Shown here in pieces: positions 29,645-40,334 of a stretch of DNA of 64,000 bases (positions within the stretch are counted from its first letter, which is position 1; every line of letters starts with the position of its first letter). The notes beneath the pieces are model-generated. The model searched no databases and was not told the origin of the DNA. It saw nothing but the letters and a program-made list of their open reading frames with translations. The stretch lies in the NCBI GenBank assembly GCA_041650635.1, contig JBAZKV010000004.1, positions 534 through 64,533 on the forward strand, in the 5' to 3' direction. Origin of the DNA: Candidatus Margulisiibacteriota bacterium. Lineage in GTDB: Bacteria > Margulisbacteria > WOR-1 > JAKLHX01 > JBAZKV01. The position numbers and the translations under genes are program-made.

Positions 29645-30112
29645 TTATAAATGATCCAGATGTTTAATGATATCGTCCGCGTAGCTTTCAAGTTTTTCGG
29701 CCAGCCTTTGCGAAAGCCCGCCGCCAAAGGACACATCCTCAACCTGTATGCCTGCCGCAATGATCTCCGTTTTAAGCTCAAGGCTTTTTGACAGGGCCAG
29801 TAGCTGGCCAAGGTCTATCTGGTGGGTAGAAGACAGGTCCTCTTTGATGTTTTGCGCTTCTATTTCTTTGAGCCCGAAGATCTTCAACTGTCCCGGGCGC
29901 AGGCCAGCATTGATGCCGTCAATGATAAGGGCTCTTTTATATCCTGACAGCCTGTTTATAAGGTCTATAGCGGAGGTCCCCAGGTCAAAATAATCGAATC
30001 TGCCGTCATCGCGCTTGCGCAGCCTATCAAGTACGGCTATCCCGATGCCGTCGTCTTTTCTCAACGGGTTGCCTATGCCTATTACGGCGGTCCGGTCAGA
30101 TGAATTTGACAT
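29645..30112 (-). CDS. [NiFe] hydrogenase maturation endopeptidase (HycI/HybD family)
   Basis: GIGNPLRKDDGIGIAVLDRL is the family signature. The start was set to the internal Met (MSNSSDRTAVIGIGN). It still overlaps the 3' end of the large-subunit gene by a few codons. Confidence 0.82.
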   Translation of the reverse strand: MSNSSDRTAVIGIGNPLRKDDGIGIAVLDRLRKRDDGRFDYFDLGTSAIDLINRLSGYKRALIIDGINAGLRPGQLKIFGLKEIEAQNIKEDLSSTHQIDLGQLLALSKSLELKTEIIAAGIQVEDVSFGGGLSQRLAEKLESYADDIIKHLDHL

Positions 30113-31490
30113 CGAGCATGTGGGTGGAGCAGGAGATGCAGGGGTCATATGCTCTGGCAAGCATTTCCAGGTTTAATGTAATGTCTTCTGTAGAGACGCC
30201 CTGCAGGACGTTTCTACCTGCCACGCCCGCACCATTAATTAATTCCGGCACCAATTTTCTCATATCTTCCTCAAGATTAGCCATGTTCTGGTTGGTTGGT
30301 ATCACGCAATTTGCGGCTGTAATCAGCCCTTTTTCATCTATCGTGTATTCATGGAACAGGGTGCCTCTGGGGACCTCGGCGCAGCCAACGCCAGTATTGG
30401 GCCTGTAGGAAGGGGTCTGATCCTTCTTTGGCCAAGAGCTTACGATAGATTTGGACTCATCAAGTCCTTCGCTAAGGACTTTTTTAAGTATCTTGATAGA
30501 TTCCTCAAGACAGTGCACCCATTCAACCAGCTGAGCGGCCGTGTTCAAATACGGATTGCTGCAGGGGGCCTTTAATCCGAGTTCTTTGGCTGTATCCTTG
30601 CCCCTTTTATTCAACTGGGCAAAATTGTTGTTAAACCTTGAAAGAGCTCCGACCGCATAAGGTTTGCCTCCTATGTGGGCGACCTTTGCCCTTGAATAAT
30701 CAAGCACTGTTTCACTCAAAAGGGCCCTGTAGTCTTTGTCCGTGGCCTTGCGTTGCCCGTTAACTGCAAGAGAGCCTTCGTATAGCGCGTATTCCTTATC
30801 AGCTTTAAGCGAAAGATACTGTGTCGGCCTCTCATATTCGGGGAACTCAAGGGTCTTGAACACCTTTAAGGTTTCCTCGGCGTCGCCGCGGGCTTCCAGC
30901 ATCATAGAATACAACTTCTCAAGATTCTCCCTGGAAGGGAGCTTGGTAAGGCCGCCTATCACATAAGTAATGGGGTGAATGTGTCTTCCCGCCAGGACCT
31001 CGCCGGCAAAATCGCTCATTTTTTTCATGCGGAGAGCGCGCTCTATCATGGACTTGTGCGTCTTGATAAGAGGGAAAATGCTTTTGACTCCCAGAAGGTC
31101 GGGGGCAACAAGGATGTAGATATGAAGGATATGGCTGTCCAGTATTTCTGTGTTAAGGAGCAGCTTTCTGAGCATTACGGTCTGGGCTGAAGGGACTATT
31201 CCCAGGACATCTTCTCCTGCCTTAACAGAGGCCAAGGTGTGTCCGCAGGCGCATATGCCGCAGATCCTGCTGGTAATATGCTGGGCTTCCCAGATAGAGC
31301 GCCCTACAAGCATGGACTCAAAGAATCTGGGGGATTCTATGACCTGGAATTGGCATTTTTCCAAAGCGCCGTTCTTAACATCCACGACTATGCTGCCATG
31401 GCCCTCCACCCTTGTAAGGTAGTGGACATCTATCTTAACGTTCTTTGCGCTATTTGAACTCGTTGTCATATTTTGCTCCGGTGGAGTCAT
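30096..31490 (-). CDS. hydA: [NiFe] hydrogenase large (alpha) subunit, cytoplasmic group 3 type
   Basis: The N-terminal Ni-binding motif RICGICACGH and the C-terminal DPCISCSTHMLDVKFI (DPCxxCxxH) are present. Length is 464 aa. Confidence 0.92.
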   Translation of the reverse strand: MTPPEQNMTTSSNSAKNVKIDVHYLTRVEGHGSIVVDVKNGALEKCQFQVIESPRFFESMLVGRSIWEAQHITSRICGICACGHTLASVKAGEDVLGIVPSAQTVMLRKLLLNTEILDSHILHIYILVAPDLLGVKSIFPLIKTHKSMIERALRMKKMSDFAGEVLAGRHIHPITYVIGGLTKLPSRENLEKLYSMMLEARGDAEETLKVFKTLEFPEYERPTQYLSLKADKEYALYEGSLAVNGQRKATDKDYRALLSETVLDYSRAKVAHIGGKPYAVGALSRFNNNFAQLNKRGKDTAKELGLKAPCSNPYLNTAAQLVEWVHCLEESIKILKKVLSEGLDESKSIVSSWPKKDQTPSYRPNTGVGCAEVPRGTLFHEYTIDEKGLITAANCVIPTNQNMANLEEDMRKLVPELINGAGVAGRNVLQGVSTEDITLNLEMLARAYDPCISCSTHMLDVKFI

Positions 31491-32217
31491 TATAAAGCGT
31501 GAACTTATTAAGTATGTCTTCTACTGTAAGGCCGTATTTGAGTAAAATGTCCTTCTGGGCCGAGGATGCAGGGTCGCTCAGGAGCCCCCTGCAGCCGTAG
31601 CACTTGTTGCCATTGTTTATGCACCAGGAATTGCAGCCCGCCCTGGTGACCGGGCCCAGACAATCTTCCCCCTTTTCGTAGCGGCAGACATTCTCGTTCA
31701 TTTTACACTCAATGCAAACCGGATGATCGGGAACAGCATAGGGCTTTCCCAGCAGGATGCACTTGATAACGGAGATCACTTCCGGAACATAGACCGGACA
31801 GCCGTTAATGAAGTAATCAACAGACACCACCTCGTGGACAGGCATGGTCTTTACAGTGTTGACCCCTCCTGCCTTGTCCCCGTATACCGTTCTTTTTGCT
31901 TCTTCAAGCGGTTTTCTGTTCTTCATCCCGTTTATGCCGCCTATAGTGGCGCAGGCACCCAGGGCAACGACCACCTTGGCTTTTTCCCTAATGGTTTTTA
32001 TCCTTTTTATGTCGTTCTCTGTGGTAATACTGCCTTCTACAAAGGCAATGTCATAATCCTGGCCGTTCTCCGACATGATCTCCCTGAAGTTAACGATATC
32101 CACCAGTTCCAAAAGCTCCAAAAGGGTAGAGCCTATATTGGCGAACTGCAGCTGGCAGCCCTCGCAGTCCGAAAAATCAAAGAACGCCAGTTTCGGTTTT
32201 CTTTCAGGCTTTTTCAA
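31450..32217 (-). CDS. hydD: [NiFe] hydrogenase small (delta) subunit
   Basis: A 255-aa protein with an N-terminal FDFSDCEGCQLQF proximal-cluster motif and further Cys clusters (CIECKMNENVC, CLGPVTRAGCNSWC). Confidence 0.85.
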   Translation of the reverse strand: MKKPERKPKLAFFDFSDCEGCQLQFANIGSTLLELLELVDIVNFREIMSENGQDYDIAFVEGSITTENDIKRIKTIREKAKVVVALGACATIGGINGMKNRKPLEEAKRTVYGDKAGGVNTVKTMPVHEVVSVDYFINGCPVYVPEVISVIKCILLGKPYAVPDHPVCIECKMNENVCRYEKGEDCLGPVTRAGCNSWCINNGNKCYGCRGLLSDPASSAQKDILLKYGLTVEDILNKFTLYNDSTGAKYDNEFK

Positions 32218-33067
32218 GGCATTCCCCCTTAAATTGCTTTATCTGCTCATAGGTAAAAACCGGTCCGCTCTGGCACACATAAGTTCCTTCTATCTGGCAG
32301 TGGCCGCACTTACCGAGCCCGCATTTCATCCTGCGCTCAAGAGAGACCAGTATCTGGTGGTCCGGTATCTTTTTCTCCAAAAGATGCACTATCACAAATT
32401 TATACATTACCGGAGGGCCTACTACCACTCCGTAAGTTCTTTCGGGAATGATATCCACTCCCGGTATCAGGGTCGTTATCAGCCCTACATTGCCTGCCCA
32501 TTCATCGTCAGGTTTGTCCACGGTGCAGCTGAACTTTATCTCGGACCTTTTCATCCACTCGCTGGTCTCCCTGCCAAAAAGGATCTCTTTAGGGGTTTTG
32601 CATCCCAGAAGTATCTGCACATTTCCAAACTCATTCCTCTGGGCAGTGACATATCTGATAAGGGATCTCAAGGGAACAAGCCCAAGCCCGCCCCCTATGA
32701 TCAAAAGATCAAAGCCCGACATGCTGTCCACGGGGAATCCTTTGCCGTAAGGGCCCCGTATCCCCACCAGATCGCCTTTTTCGAGCCTGTGAAGCTGCCT
32801 GGTGAGCGAACCCACTGCACGGACCGTCAGCTCAAAATAACCTTTGTCGGTAGGGGATGAGCAAACAGAAATAGGAGCTTCTCCAAAACCGAAGACCGAG
32901 ACCATTACGAACTGGCCCGGCATATGTCCAAGCTCCCTTTTTCCTTCCAACTCTATGCGGAAAAGTTTTTCCTGCTCTCCCTCCATCCGGGTTTCAACGA
33001 TCTTTCCCTTCATCTGGCCATAGGGAAAGGAGCCCATTTTTTCTAAAAGCTCTTTTCTGTCCATCAC
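32204..33067 (-). CDS. hydG: Hydrogenase gamma subunit, an FAD/NAD(P)-binding oxidoreductase with a C-terminal 2Fe-2S cluster
   Basis: It has a PyrK/sulfhydrogenase-gamma-like fold. The C-terminal cluster motif is CGLGKCGHCQ. Confidence 0.82.
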   Translation of the reverse strand: MMDRKELLEKMGSFPYGQMKGKIVETRMEGEQEKLFRIELEGKRELGHMPGQFVMVSVFGFGEAPISVCSSPTDKGYFELTVRAVGSLTRQLHRLEKGDLVGIRGPYGKGFPVDSMSGFDLLIIGGGLGLVPLRSLIRYVTAQRNEFGNVQILLGCKTPKEILFGRETSEWMKRSEIKFSCTVDKPDDEWAGNVGLITTLIPGVDIIPERTYGVVVGPPVMYKFVIVHLLEKKIPDHQILVSLERRMKCGLGKCGHCQIEGTYVCQSGPVFTYEQIKQFKGECLEKA

Positions 33068-34095
33068 GCAACCTCTTTCAGCAGCGCGTTCACGGTCTCT
33101 TTAAGGTCGATACCGGCCATGCAGGCCCTGGTGCATCTTCCGCAGCCCGTGCAGAAATACCTGTTGAATTTGTCCGCAGGGTATTTAAATTTTCTATAAT
33201 ATCTGTGTCTTTGCCTTAAGTCGCGGCCTTTTCTAAAATCATGGCCCCCGGCGACTTTTGCAAAATCCTCCATTTGGCAGGAATCCCAGATCCTGTACCT
33301 TGTGCCGCTGCCAAGGTCAAGCGACAATTCGTCCTCGACATTAAAGCAGTAGCAGGTAGGGCAGACCGAAGTGCAATTGCCGCAGCCCACGCATCTTCTC
33401 CCAGTATCCTCCCATACCTTGGCGTTAAAACCTTTATCAAAGGCCTCATACACTTTGGAGACGGGAGCGTCCAATTCCTCTTTGAAGACCCGGTTCTTTT
33501 CTTCTCTGGCGCTGTCCAGCGCTTTCATGTTTGAGCTATCTGCCTTCTTGATATAGGAGAGTCCTTTTATAAGAGCTTCCCCCTTTTCGGAATTAACATG
33601 GATAATGTAGCTGTCCCCTATATCAGTAAGCATCAGATCGTAACCGCCCCTTGGCAGATGATTGCCCATAGAGGCGCATGAGGCGTGGCTGTCGCAGTAT
33701 TTCATGCACTCGAAGCCTATGATGGTCATCCTGTCTTTTCTGCTAAGGTAATACGGGTCGGCCGGCTGCTCCCTAAAAACGGCATCCATGCACTGTATGC
33801 CGGCTATGTCGCAGGTGTGTACCGCGAAAAGGATGAACTCTTCGGGTTCCTTGAGGTCCCTTTCTTCCTTAAGGGTCTTTGTGTCGAACTTTGCCAGCTT
33901 CTCTTTCTGCGGAAAATAATACTTTTTTGGCGGAAGGATCGTAGGGATATAGTCCAGGCAGATCTCGCTCACATCCTTTATGGGTCTGAAAACATAGAGA
34001 TTTTCTTTCTTTTTGGGGGCATAAAAGCGGGCCTTTTTCTGAAGGTGGCGGATCCATTTTTCAAGGTCCGTTTTTTTGACCAACGCGTATTTCAT
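33064..34095 (-). CDS. hydB: Hydrogenase beta subunit (Fe-S protein)
   Basis: A 343-aa protein with several Cys clusters (CVGCGNCTSVCPTCYC, CTGCGRCTRAC). It is the first gene of the hydBGDA order typical of group 3b sulfhydrogenase-like enzymes. Confidence 0.82.
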   Translation of the reverse strand: MKYALVKKTDLEKWIRHLQKKARFYAPKKKENLYVFRPIKDVSEICLDYIPTILPPKKYYFPQKEKLAKFDTKTLKEERDLKEPEEFILFAVHTCDIAGIQCMDAVFREQPADPYYLSRKDRMTIIGFECMKYCDSHASCASMGNHLPRGGYDLMLTDIGDSYIIHVNSEKGEALIKGLSYIKKADSSNMKALDSAREEKNRVFKEELDAPVSKVYEAFDKGFNAKVWEDTGRRCVGCGNCTSVCPTCYCFNVEDELSLDLGSGTRYRIWDSCQMEDFAKVAGGHDFRKGRDLRQRHRYYRKFKYPADKFNRYFCTGCGRCTRACMAGIDLKETVNALLKEVA

Positions 34096-34334
34096 GCGTA
34101 TTCCAGTTCGGTTATCTCAAATTCAGGGCCATAGGGGACTTCTTTAAAATCTATCTCTATGTCTTTGCCTCCCGAATTTAGGGCGGCCTGCTCAAAATGG
34201 GACAAAAAGTGTTCCCTGCTCAAGCCGGAAAATCTGGAAAGGTTAACGGATATCTTTCTGATCTTCTTGTCCGAAGCTTTTTCTTCTTCCTCAAGGTACC
34301 TTATCAAATTTTGGAACAAGTGCGCCTCGTGCAT
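34092..34334 (-). CDS. HypA-like nickel metallochaperone N-terminal domain, lacking the C-terminal zinc finger
   Basis: An 80-aa protein beginning MHE (the N-terminal Ni-binding motif of HypA). It is collinear with HypA residues 1-75, but the ORF ends before any CxxC...CxxC zinc-ribbon sequence. Confidence 0.5.
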   Translation of the reverse strand: MHEAHLFQNLIRYLEEEEKASDKKIRKISVNLSRFSGLSREHFLSHFEQAALNSGGKDIEIDFKEVPYGPEFEITELEYA

Positions 34335-34390
34335 GATGAGTGTAGATATTATAGCAAATAAATGAAATTAAAATGCAAACAGGCCGATAA

Positions 34391-35440
34391 ATGGTAGATA
34401 TGGGCAAAAAGATCACAGGCCAGACCCCGCAATTCCTCTCGCATACGGCATGGCTTACAAGCGGCCCATTCTCGGTACGCCTTGGCAGACAGGTCTCGCG
34501 CCTCATGTGTTCGGACAGAGAGCTTCAGGGAATGCTGGCGCCAAAAGTGAACGGCGACGCAAGGTTGAGCCTGTTCCATGATGTCAGGACAAGGGTCCGG
34601 GAGATCTACGGAGGCATATGGACCGGGGCTGTTAATGCTTACGATACTTTCAAAACCGCTAATCCGGAATTATTTGCCCAGCTTGTTGATAAAGGGTATG
34701 TAGACAGAGCGGGAAATATGCTTCAAGGGCTGGGAAGCGTCCGCAAGGCTGCGGATATAAGAATTAATGCCGGCACATCAGAAAAAAGTCATATTTTCGA
34801 TTTGCTGAGGATCTGCTTTCTTCCATTCCAGATGGCAGTAGAACACGGACTTGACACATTGCCTTGCCCGGGATACCTTATGGGGCTTGCCCAGGAATGG
34901 CCTGTAACGGATGACGAGATGTTGGGAATGGCTTTACGGCACGAGGCAGGTCACATTGCGGCAGGCTTTATTTCTGAGGAGGACATAATCGGACTTAACG
35001 GCCGGTTTTCTAGAGGTCCTTTCGAAAGAGAGGTTCTGGCCACTCTTATAAACGCATTCGAAGACAATAAAGTTGTCCGCTTCCAGCTTATGAACGGCTT
35101 TAGGGGTTCGGCCGAGGGTTATGTGGAAATTTCGATCGGTATTTTCAGGAGAAGGCTTCAGGTCATGCAGGCTCGGGACAAATGGATGATCCCGTTCCAT
35201 TATCTTTCCCATGTCTTTATGGTGCCGCTTGCCTTTGAAATGGTACAGGACCCGGGCGCGGCAGATATATCAAAAAGAGTAGACAATCTATACAAGAAAT
35301 ATGTTGACGACAAAAGCAGGGCTCTAATAAAAAGACTGGAAGAGGCAGCAGGCCTAATTATAGAAGGTCCTGAATGGACCAGGCCGGAGGTCTTTAGTTC
35401 AATATTTGATCCCGTAGCCCTATGGGCAAAGACCCTTTAA
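34391..35440 (+). CDS. Hypothetical protein of 349 aa with an HExxH-like motif (ALRHEAGHIAAG)
   Basis: A long ORF divergent from the hydrogenase operon. It has no TM segment and no motif beyond HEAGH. Confidence 0.55.
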   Translation: MVDMGKKITGQTPQFLSHTAWLTSGPFSVRLGRQVSRLMCSDRELQGMLAPKVNGDARLSLFHDVRTRVREIYGGIWTGAVNAYDTFKTANPELFAQLVDKGYVDRAGNMLQGLGSVRKAADIRINAGTSEKSHIFDLLRICFLPFQMAVEHGLDTLPCPGYLMGLAQEWPVTDDEMLGMALRHEAGHIAAGFISEEDIIGLNGRFSRGPFEREVLATLINAFEDNKVVRFQLMNGFRGSAEGYVEISIGIFRRRLQVMQARDKWMIPFHYLSHVFMVPLAFEMVQDPGAADISKRVDNLYKKYVDDKSRALIKRLEEAAGLIIEGPEWTRPEVFSSIFDPVALWAKTL

Positions 35441-35443
35441 CCA

Positions 35444-35476
35444 TAAAAAAAGGCGGCCTAAAGGCCGCCTTAAATA
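35444..35476. terminator. Bidirectional rho-independent terminator
   Basis: AAAAAAAGGCGGCCTAAAGGCCGCCTTAAAT forms a perfect 8-bp GC stem with an A-tract on one side and a T-tract on the other. It lies between the convergent hypothetical gene and hppA. Confidence 0.75.
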
Positions 35477-35492
35477 GTGAACTGACCAAGGG

Positions 35493-37748
35493 TTACAACT
35501 GCTTTTTTGCGTTCCCCCTCTTGTTCATATAGACCGCAAGAATGACCAGCAGCACGGACACTGTAATGATCACGGTCTTAACCGCCGGAGAAACCCCGTG
35601 AAATATGAGCGGCACTATCAAAAGCGCCACAAGGTTCATGACCTTGATCAGAGGGTTAAGGGCAGGGCCTGCGGTGTCTTTGAACGGATCCCCGACAGTA
35701 TCGCCGATGACCGCGGCTTTGTGGGCGTCAGAACCTTTTCCTCCCAGCATCCCCATCTCAATGGCTTTTTTAGCGTTGTCCCAAATGCCGCCTGAATTGG
35801 CAAGGAGCACGGCCAAAAGCTGTCCGACCAGAATTGCTCCTGCAAGAAAACCGCCCAGCGCAGCCGTGCCAAGGGCAAAGCCGACAGCTATCGGAGTGAA
35901 TATTGCAAGCAGTGCCGGGCCGATCAACTCCTTTTGTGCGGCAGATGTTACTATGTCAACGCACTTAAAATATTCCGGCTTGTTCTTCTTTTCCATTATT
36001 CCGGGTATTTCCCTGAACTGCCGCCTTACTTCTTCCACGACCATCTGGGCAGCCCTTCCCACAGCCTTGATAAGGAATGACGAGAACAGGAAGGTTACGG
36101 CGCCCCCGATAAGAAGGCCGATGAACACATCGGACATGTTCAATTGAATACCGGTCTCAAGCAGGCCGCCTTCTTCCACGAAAGACCTGAACAGGGCTAT
36201 CGCAGCAATGACAGCGGTCGCTATCGCAAAACCTTTGGTAAGAGCCTTTGTGGTGTTGCCAACGGCATCAAGTTTGGAGACGATCTTTTCGGCCTTGCTT
36301 CCCTGGCCTCTGTAAGTACCGGACATTTCAAAGATCCCGTTAGCGTTGTCGGCGATCGGCCCGTAAGTGTCCATTGCCAGGATAAAACCGGTCGTTGTCA
36401 ACAGTCCCAGTCCCGCAAGGGCGACCCCGTACGCCGACAGTGCCATATTGCCCCCGAAGATGGCCATGGAGGCAAAAATGGTGGCTGATATTGCGACAAT
36501 AGACCAGACCGAGGATTCCTGCGCCAGAGCAAAACCGGAAAGGATCAATGTTGCCGGCCCGGACTTGGCGGACTCAACGGTCTCTTTAATGGGATTGTTC
36601 TCTGTGTGGGTAAAATAATTGGTCAGCATCTCTATTACCACTGCCAGCACTATTCCGACAAAGGTGGCAAGAGCAAACCTCCACCATTCTGCGCCCGGTA
36701 TCGGATAGTTAAGATAGAGATAACAGATAGCGACAAAACCGATTATCGAAGTTATAGAGGCTACCCAAAAACCAAAATTGATCGGCTTCATCGGGTCCCC
36801 GATCTCTTCTGTGTCTTTGCCTCTGACGGACCATGTGCCTATGATGGAAGCGAACACTCCGACTGCTCTGACAAGAAGCGGGTACATGACAAGCTTCAGC
36901 GCCATAAGGGCTGCCATTCCGCCAAAAAGCGCCTGAAAGCCTTTGTCCGCAAGCGTTGCCGCTCCCAATATAAGGGCAGCGACAAGGGTCACCTCGTAGC
37001 TTTCAAAAACATCCGCTGCCATTCCGGCGCAGTCCCCGACATTGTCCCCGACATTGTCGGCTATGACCGCCGCGTTCCTGGGATCGTCCTCCGGTATGTT
37101 CTTTTCCACTTTTCCTACCAGGTCCGCGCCGACATCAGCCGCTTTGGTGTAAATGCCGCCGCCTATCCTCATGAACAGCGCAACAAGGCATCCGCCAAAA
37201 CCAAAACCAACCAGGACCTTCATGGCATCCTGTTTAAAGATCAGGAATATGAGCGTGGCGCCGAGCAGCCCAAGCCCCACGGTGAACATGCCCGATACGG
37301 TACCGGCCTCAAAAGCGACCTCAAGGGCTTTCTTAAAGCTGGTAAGAGCGGCATTTGCCACTCTGACATTTGCCCTTACCGCAAGGTTCATTCCCACAAA
37401 GCCAGCCCCGGCCGAAGCAAAAGCCCCCAAAAGGAAGGCAATGGCTATGCCAAAGGGAAGCACGGGGTTATCAGGAAATACGGGGACATACATGAAATAC
37501 AGTCCCACAGTGATAAGCGCTATGAATATGCCCATCACTTTGAACTGCCTTGTAAGATAAGCGGCAGAGCCTTCCTGTATGGCTTTTGCCACCTCGATCA
37601 TTTCCTTAGAGCCTTGGGGCGCCCGGAGGACCTTCCAGGCCATGTAAGCTCCGTACAACAGGGCAACAAGCGCGGAAGCGAGCACCAGCCAAAGAAGACC
37701 GGATTCAAGCGGACGCAGAGCGGGCAGAACTATGGATGCTTCTGACAT
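35493..37748 (-). CDS. hppA: Membrane-bound H+(/Na+)-translocating pyrophosphatase
   Basis: A 751-aa polytopic protein with conserved H+-PPase motifs (GGIYTKAADVGADLVGKVE, DNVGDNVGDCAGMAADVFESY). Confidence 0.95.
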   Translation of the reverse strand: MSEASIVLPALRPLESGLLWLVLASALVALLYGAYMAWKVLRAPQGSKEMIEVAKAIQEGSAAYLTRQFKVMGIFIALITVGLYFMYVPVFPDNPVLPFGIAIAFLLGAFASAGAGFVGMNLAVRANVRVANAALTSFKKALEVAFEAGTVSGMFTVGLGLLGATLIFLIFKQDAMKVLVGFGFGGCLVALFMRIGGGIYTKAADVGADLVGKVEKNIPEDDPRNAAVIADNVGDNVGDCAGMAADVFESYEVTLVAALILGAATLADKGFQALFGGMAALMALKLVMYPLLVRAVGVFASIIGTWSVRGKDTEEIGDPMKPINFGFWVASITSIIGFVAICYLYLNYPIPGAEWWRFALATFVGIVLAVVIEMLTNYFTHTENNPIKETVESAKSGPATLILSGFALAQESSVWSIVAISATIFASMAIFGGNMALSAYGVALAGLGLLTTTGFILAMDTYGPIADNANGIFEMSGTYRGQGSKAEKIVSKLDAVGNTTKALTKGFAIATAVIAAIALFRSFVEEGGLLETGIQLNMSDVFIGLLIGGAVTFLFSSFLIKAVGRAAQMVVEEVRRQFREIPGIMEKKNKPEYFKCVDIVTSAAQKELIGPALLAIFTPIAVGFALGTAALGGFLAGAILVGQLLAVLLANSGGIWDNAKKAIEMGMLGGKGSDAHKAAVIGDTVGDPFKDTAGPALNPLIKVMNLVALLIVPLIFHGVSPAVKTVIITVSVLLVILAVYMNKRGNAKKQL

Positions 37749-37760
37749 TTTTCTTCCTTT

Positions 37761-39089
<1,329 letters not shown>

Positions 39090-39199
39090 CTATGGCTCCT
39101 TTCGGGAAAATTGCGTATCAAACAGCACCATTTTATCACAAAAAATATCCCTGTGTTCCCGTACGGTCTTTGAGAATGCTCAGATGTTATAATGTCCGC

Positions 39200-39709
39200 A
39201 TGTACGCGGTAAACAGGCTTACTCAAGATTTTCTGGATAAACACCCAAAACTGTACAGCATGTTCGGTTCCTGTTATTTTATGCTTTGCGGCACCACTCC
39301 CCACTCTTATGATCTCTTCCGCAGAACGATTTTCTATGGCGAAAAAGAGACTGCCGCATTTGCAGCTGCTGACACAGACACAAGAAGAATAACGGCCATC
39401 ATAGTGTTCAACCAATTCGGCAAAGAAAATGACTCCATCTTTATGCACATCATTCCAGTTGAGGGGGCGCCTTTGGACGCTAACGGGATGTCGGAAGTCT
39501 TGAAGCAGATAATTAGTGAAGCGGTAAAGAAATTCGATCTTAATCGCATCTACTCGAATGTGATGGATGTCGAGGATTTTGCGAAAAAGGCGCTTGAAAA
39601 AACGGGGTTTTGCATTGAGGCCGAAATGAAGGAACAGATATTCTTTAAAGGGCAGCTCAGGTCCGTGCTTGTATATGTTTTTTCCCCAAAAGGGCAGGAC
39701 AATGCTTGA
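39200..39709 (+). CDS. GNAT-family N-acetyltransferase, putative
   Basis: The C-terminal region LNRIYSNVMDVEDFAKKALEKTGFCIEAEMKEQIFFKGQ fits the GNAT beta4-alpha3 acetyl-CoA motif region. The start was set to the Met at 39200. Confidence 0.5.
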   Translation: MYAVNRLTQDFLDKHPKLYSMFGSCYFMLCGTTPHSYDLFRRTIFYGEKETAAFAAADTDTRRITAIIVFNQFGKENDSIFMHIIPVEGAPLDANGMSEVLKQIISEAVKKFDLNRIYSNVMDVEDFAKKALEKTGFCIEAEMKEQIFFKGQLRSVLVYVFSPKGQDNA

Positions 39710-40259
39710 AAAGATCAAAATTGCCTTGAGAAAGGCCGATCTCGGCGATGTGGAAAGGATCTGCGGCTGGGCATCGTCGCAGGATTTTGTGGCAAACTTA
39801 TATGACCTTGAGACTAAAGACCCGAAAAAGCTCAAAGCCAGGGTGATAGCCATGGTGGAAAAAAGCACAAGCGATCCTTCGGACGCTATCGTTATGATAG
39901 CCGAAACACCGGAAAAGCCGGTCGGGATGATACTGTATTCCAGGATAAACTGGAGAAGCCGGAACCTGCATGAGTCTACGGTCATTGGAGAAGAGGATTA
40001 TAAGAACAAGATATATGGGCTCAAATTCATCCATTTAATGCTGGATTTTGCGTTCAATGAACTGGGGATGCACAAGATATCGGGGTATGTGTATGATTTT
40101 AATGCCAGAATGAGCGCTCTATTGGAGGGTTTTGGCGCGATCAAAGAAGGATATTTTAAGGATTTTGTGAAAAGAGGGGAGAAAAGGTACGGAGCCACCC
40201 TATACGCGTTTTTTGACCGAGACTATCCAAGATTTCTCAAGGCCATTTCAAAATACTGA
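39702..40259 (+). CDS. GNAT-family N-acetyltransferase, putative
   Basis: GMHKISGYVYDFNARMSALLEGFGAIKEGYFKDF is GNAT-like. The start ATG overlaps the stop of the previous GNAT gene within ATGCTTGA. Confidence 0.5.
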   Translation: MLEKIKIALRKADLGDVERICGWASSQDFVANLYDLETKDPKKLKARVIAMVEKSTSDPSDAIVMIAETPEKPVGMILYSRINWRSRNLHESTVIGEEDYKNKIYGLKFIHLMLDFAFNELGMHKISGYVYDFNARMSALLEGFGAIKEGYFKDFVKRGEKRYGATLYAFFDRDYPRFLKAISKY

Positions 40260-40334
40260 TACCAGTTGGGTGCAAGTTTAATCCCTCTCACTCCGATATA
40301 TTAATGAGCGAGACAATTCCATTAAGGAGATCAT

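Noticed and set aside
36606-37745. A 379-aa plus-strand ORF rich in K, R, H and C
   Set aside because: It is antisense to the H+-pyrophosphatase gene. Its composition is typical of a mirror-frame artefact.
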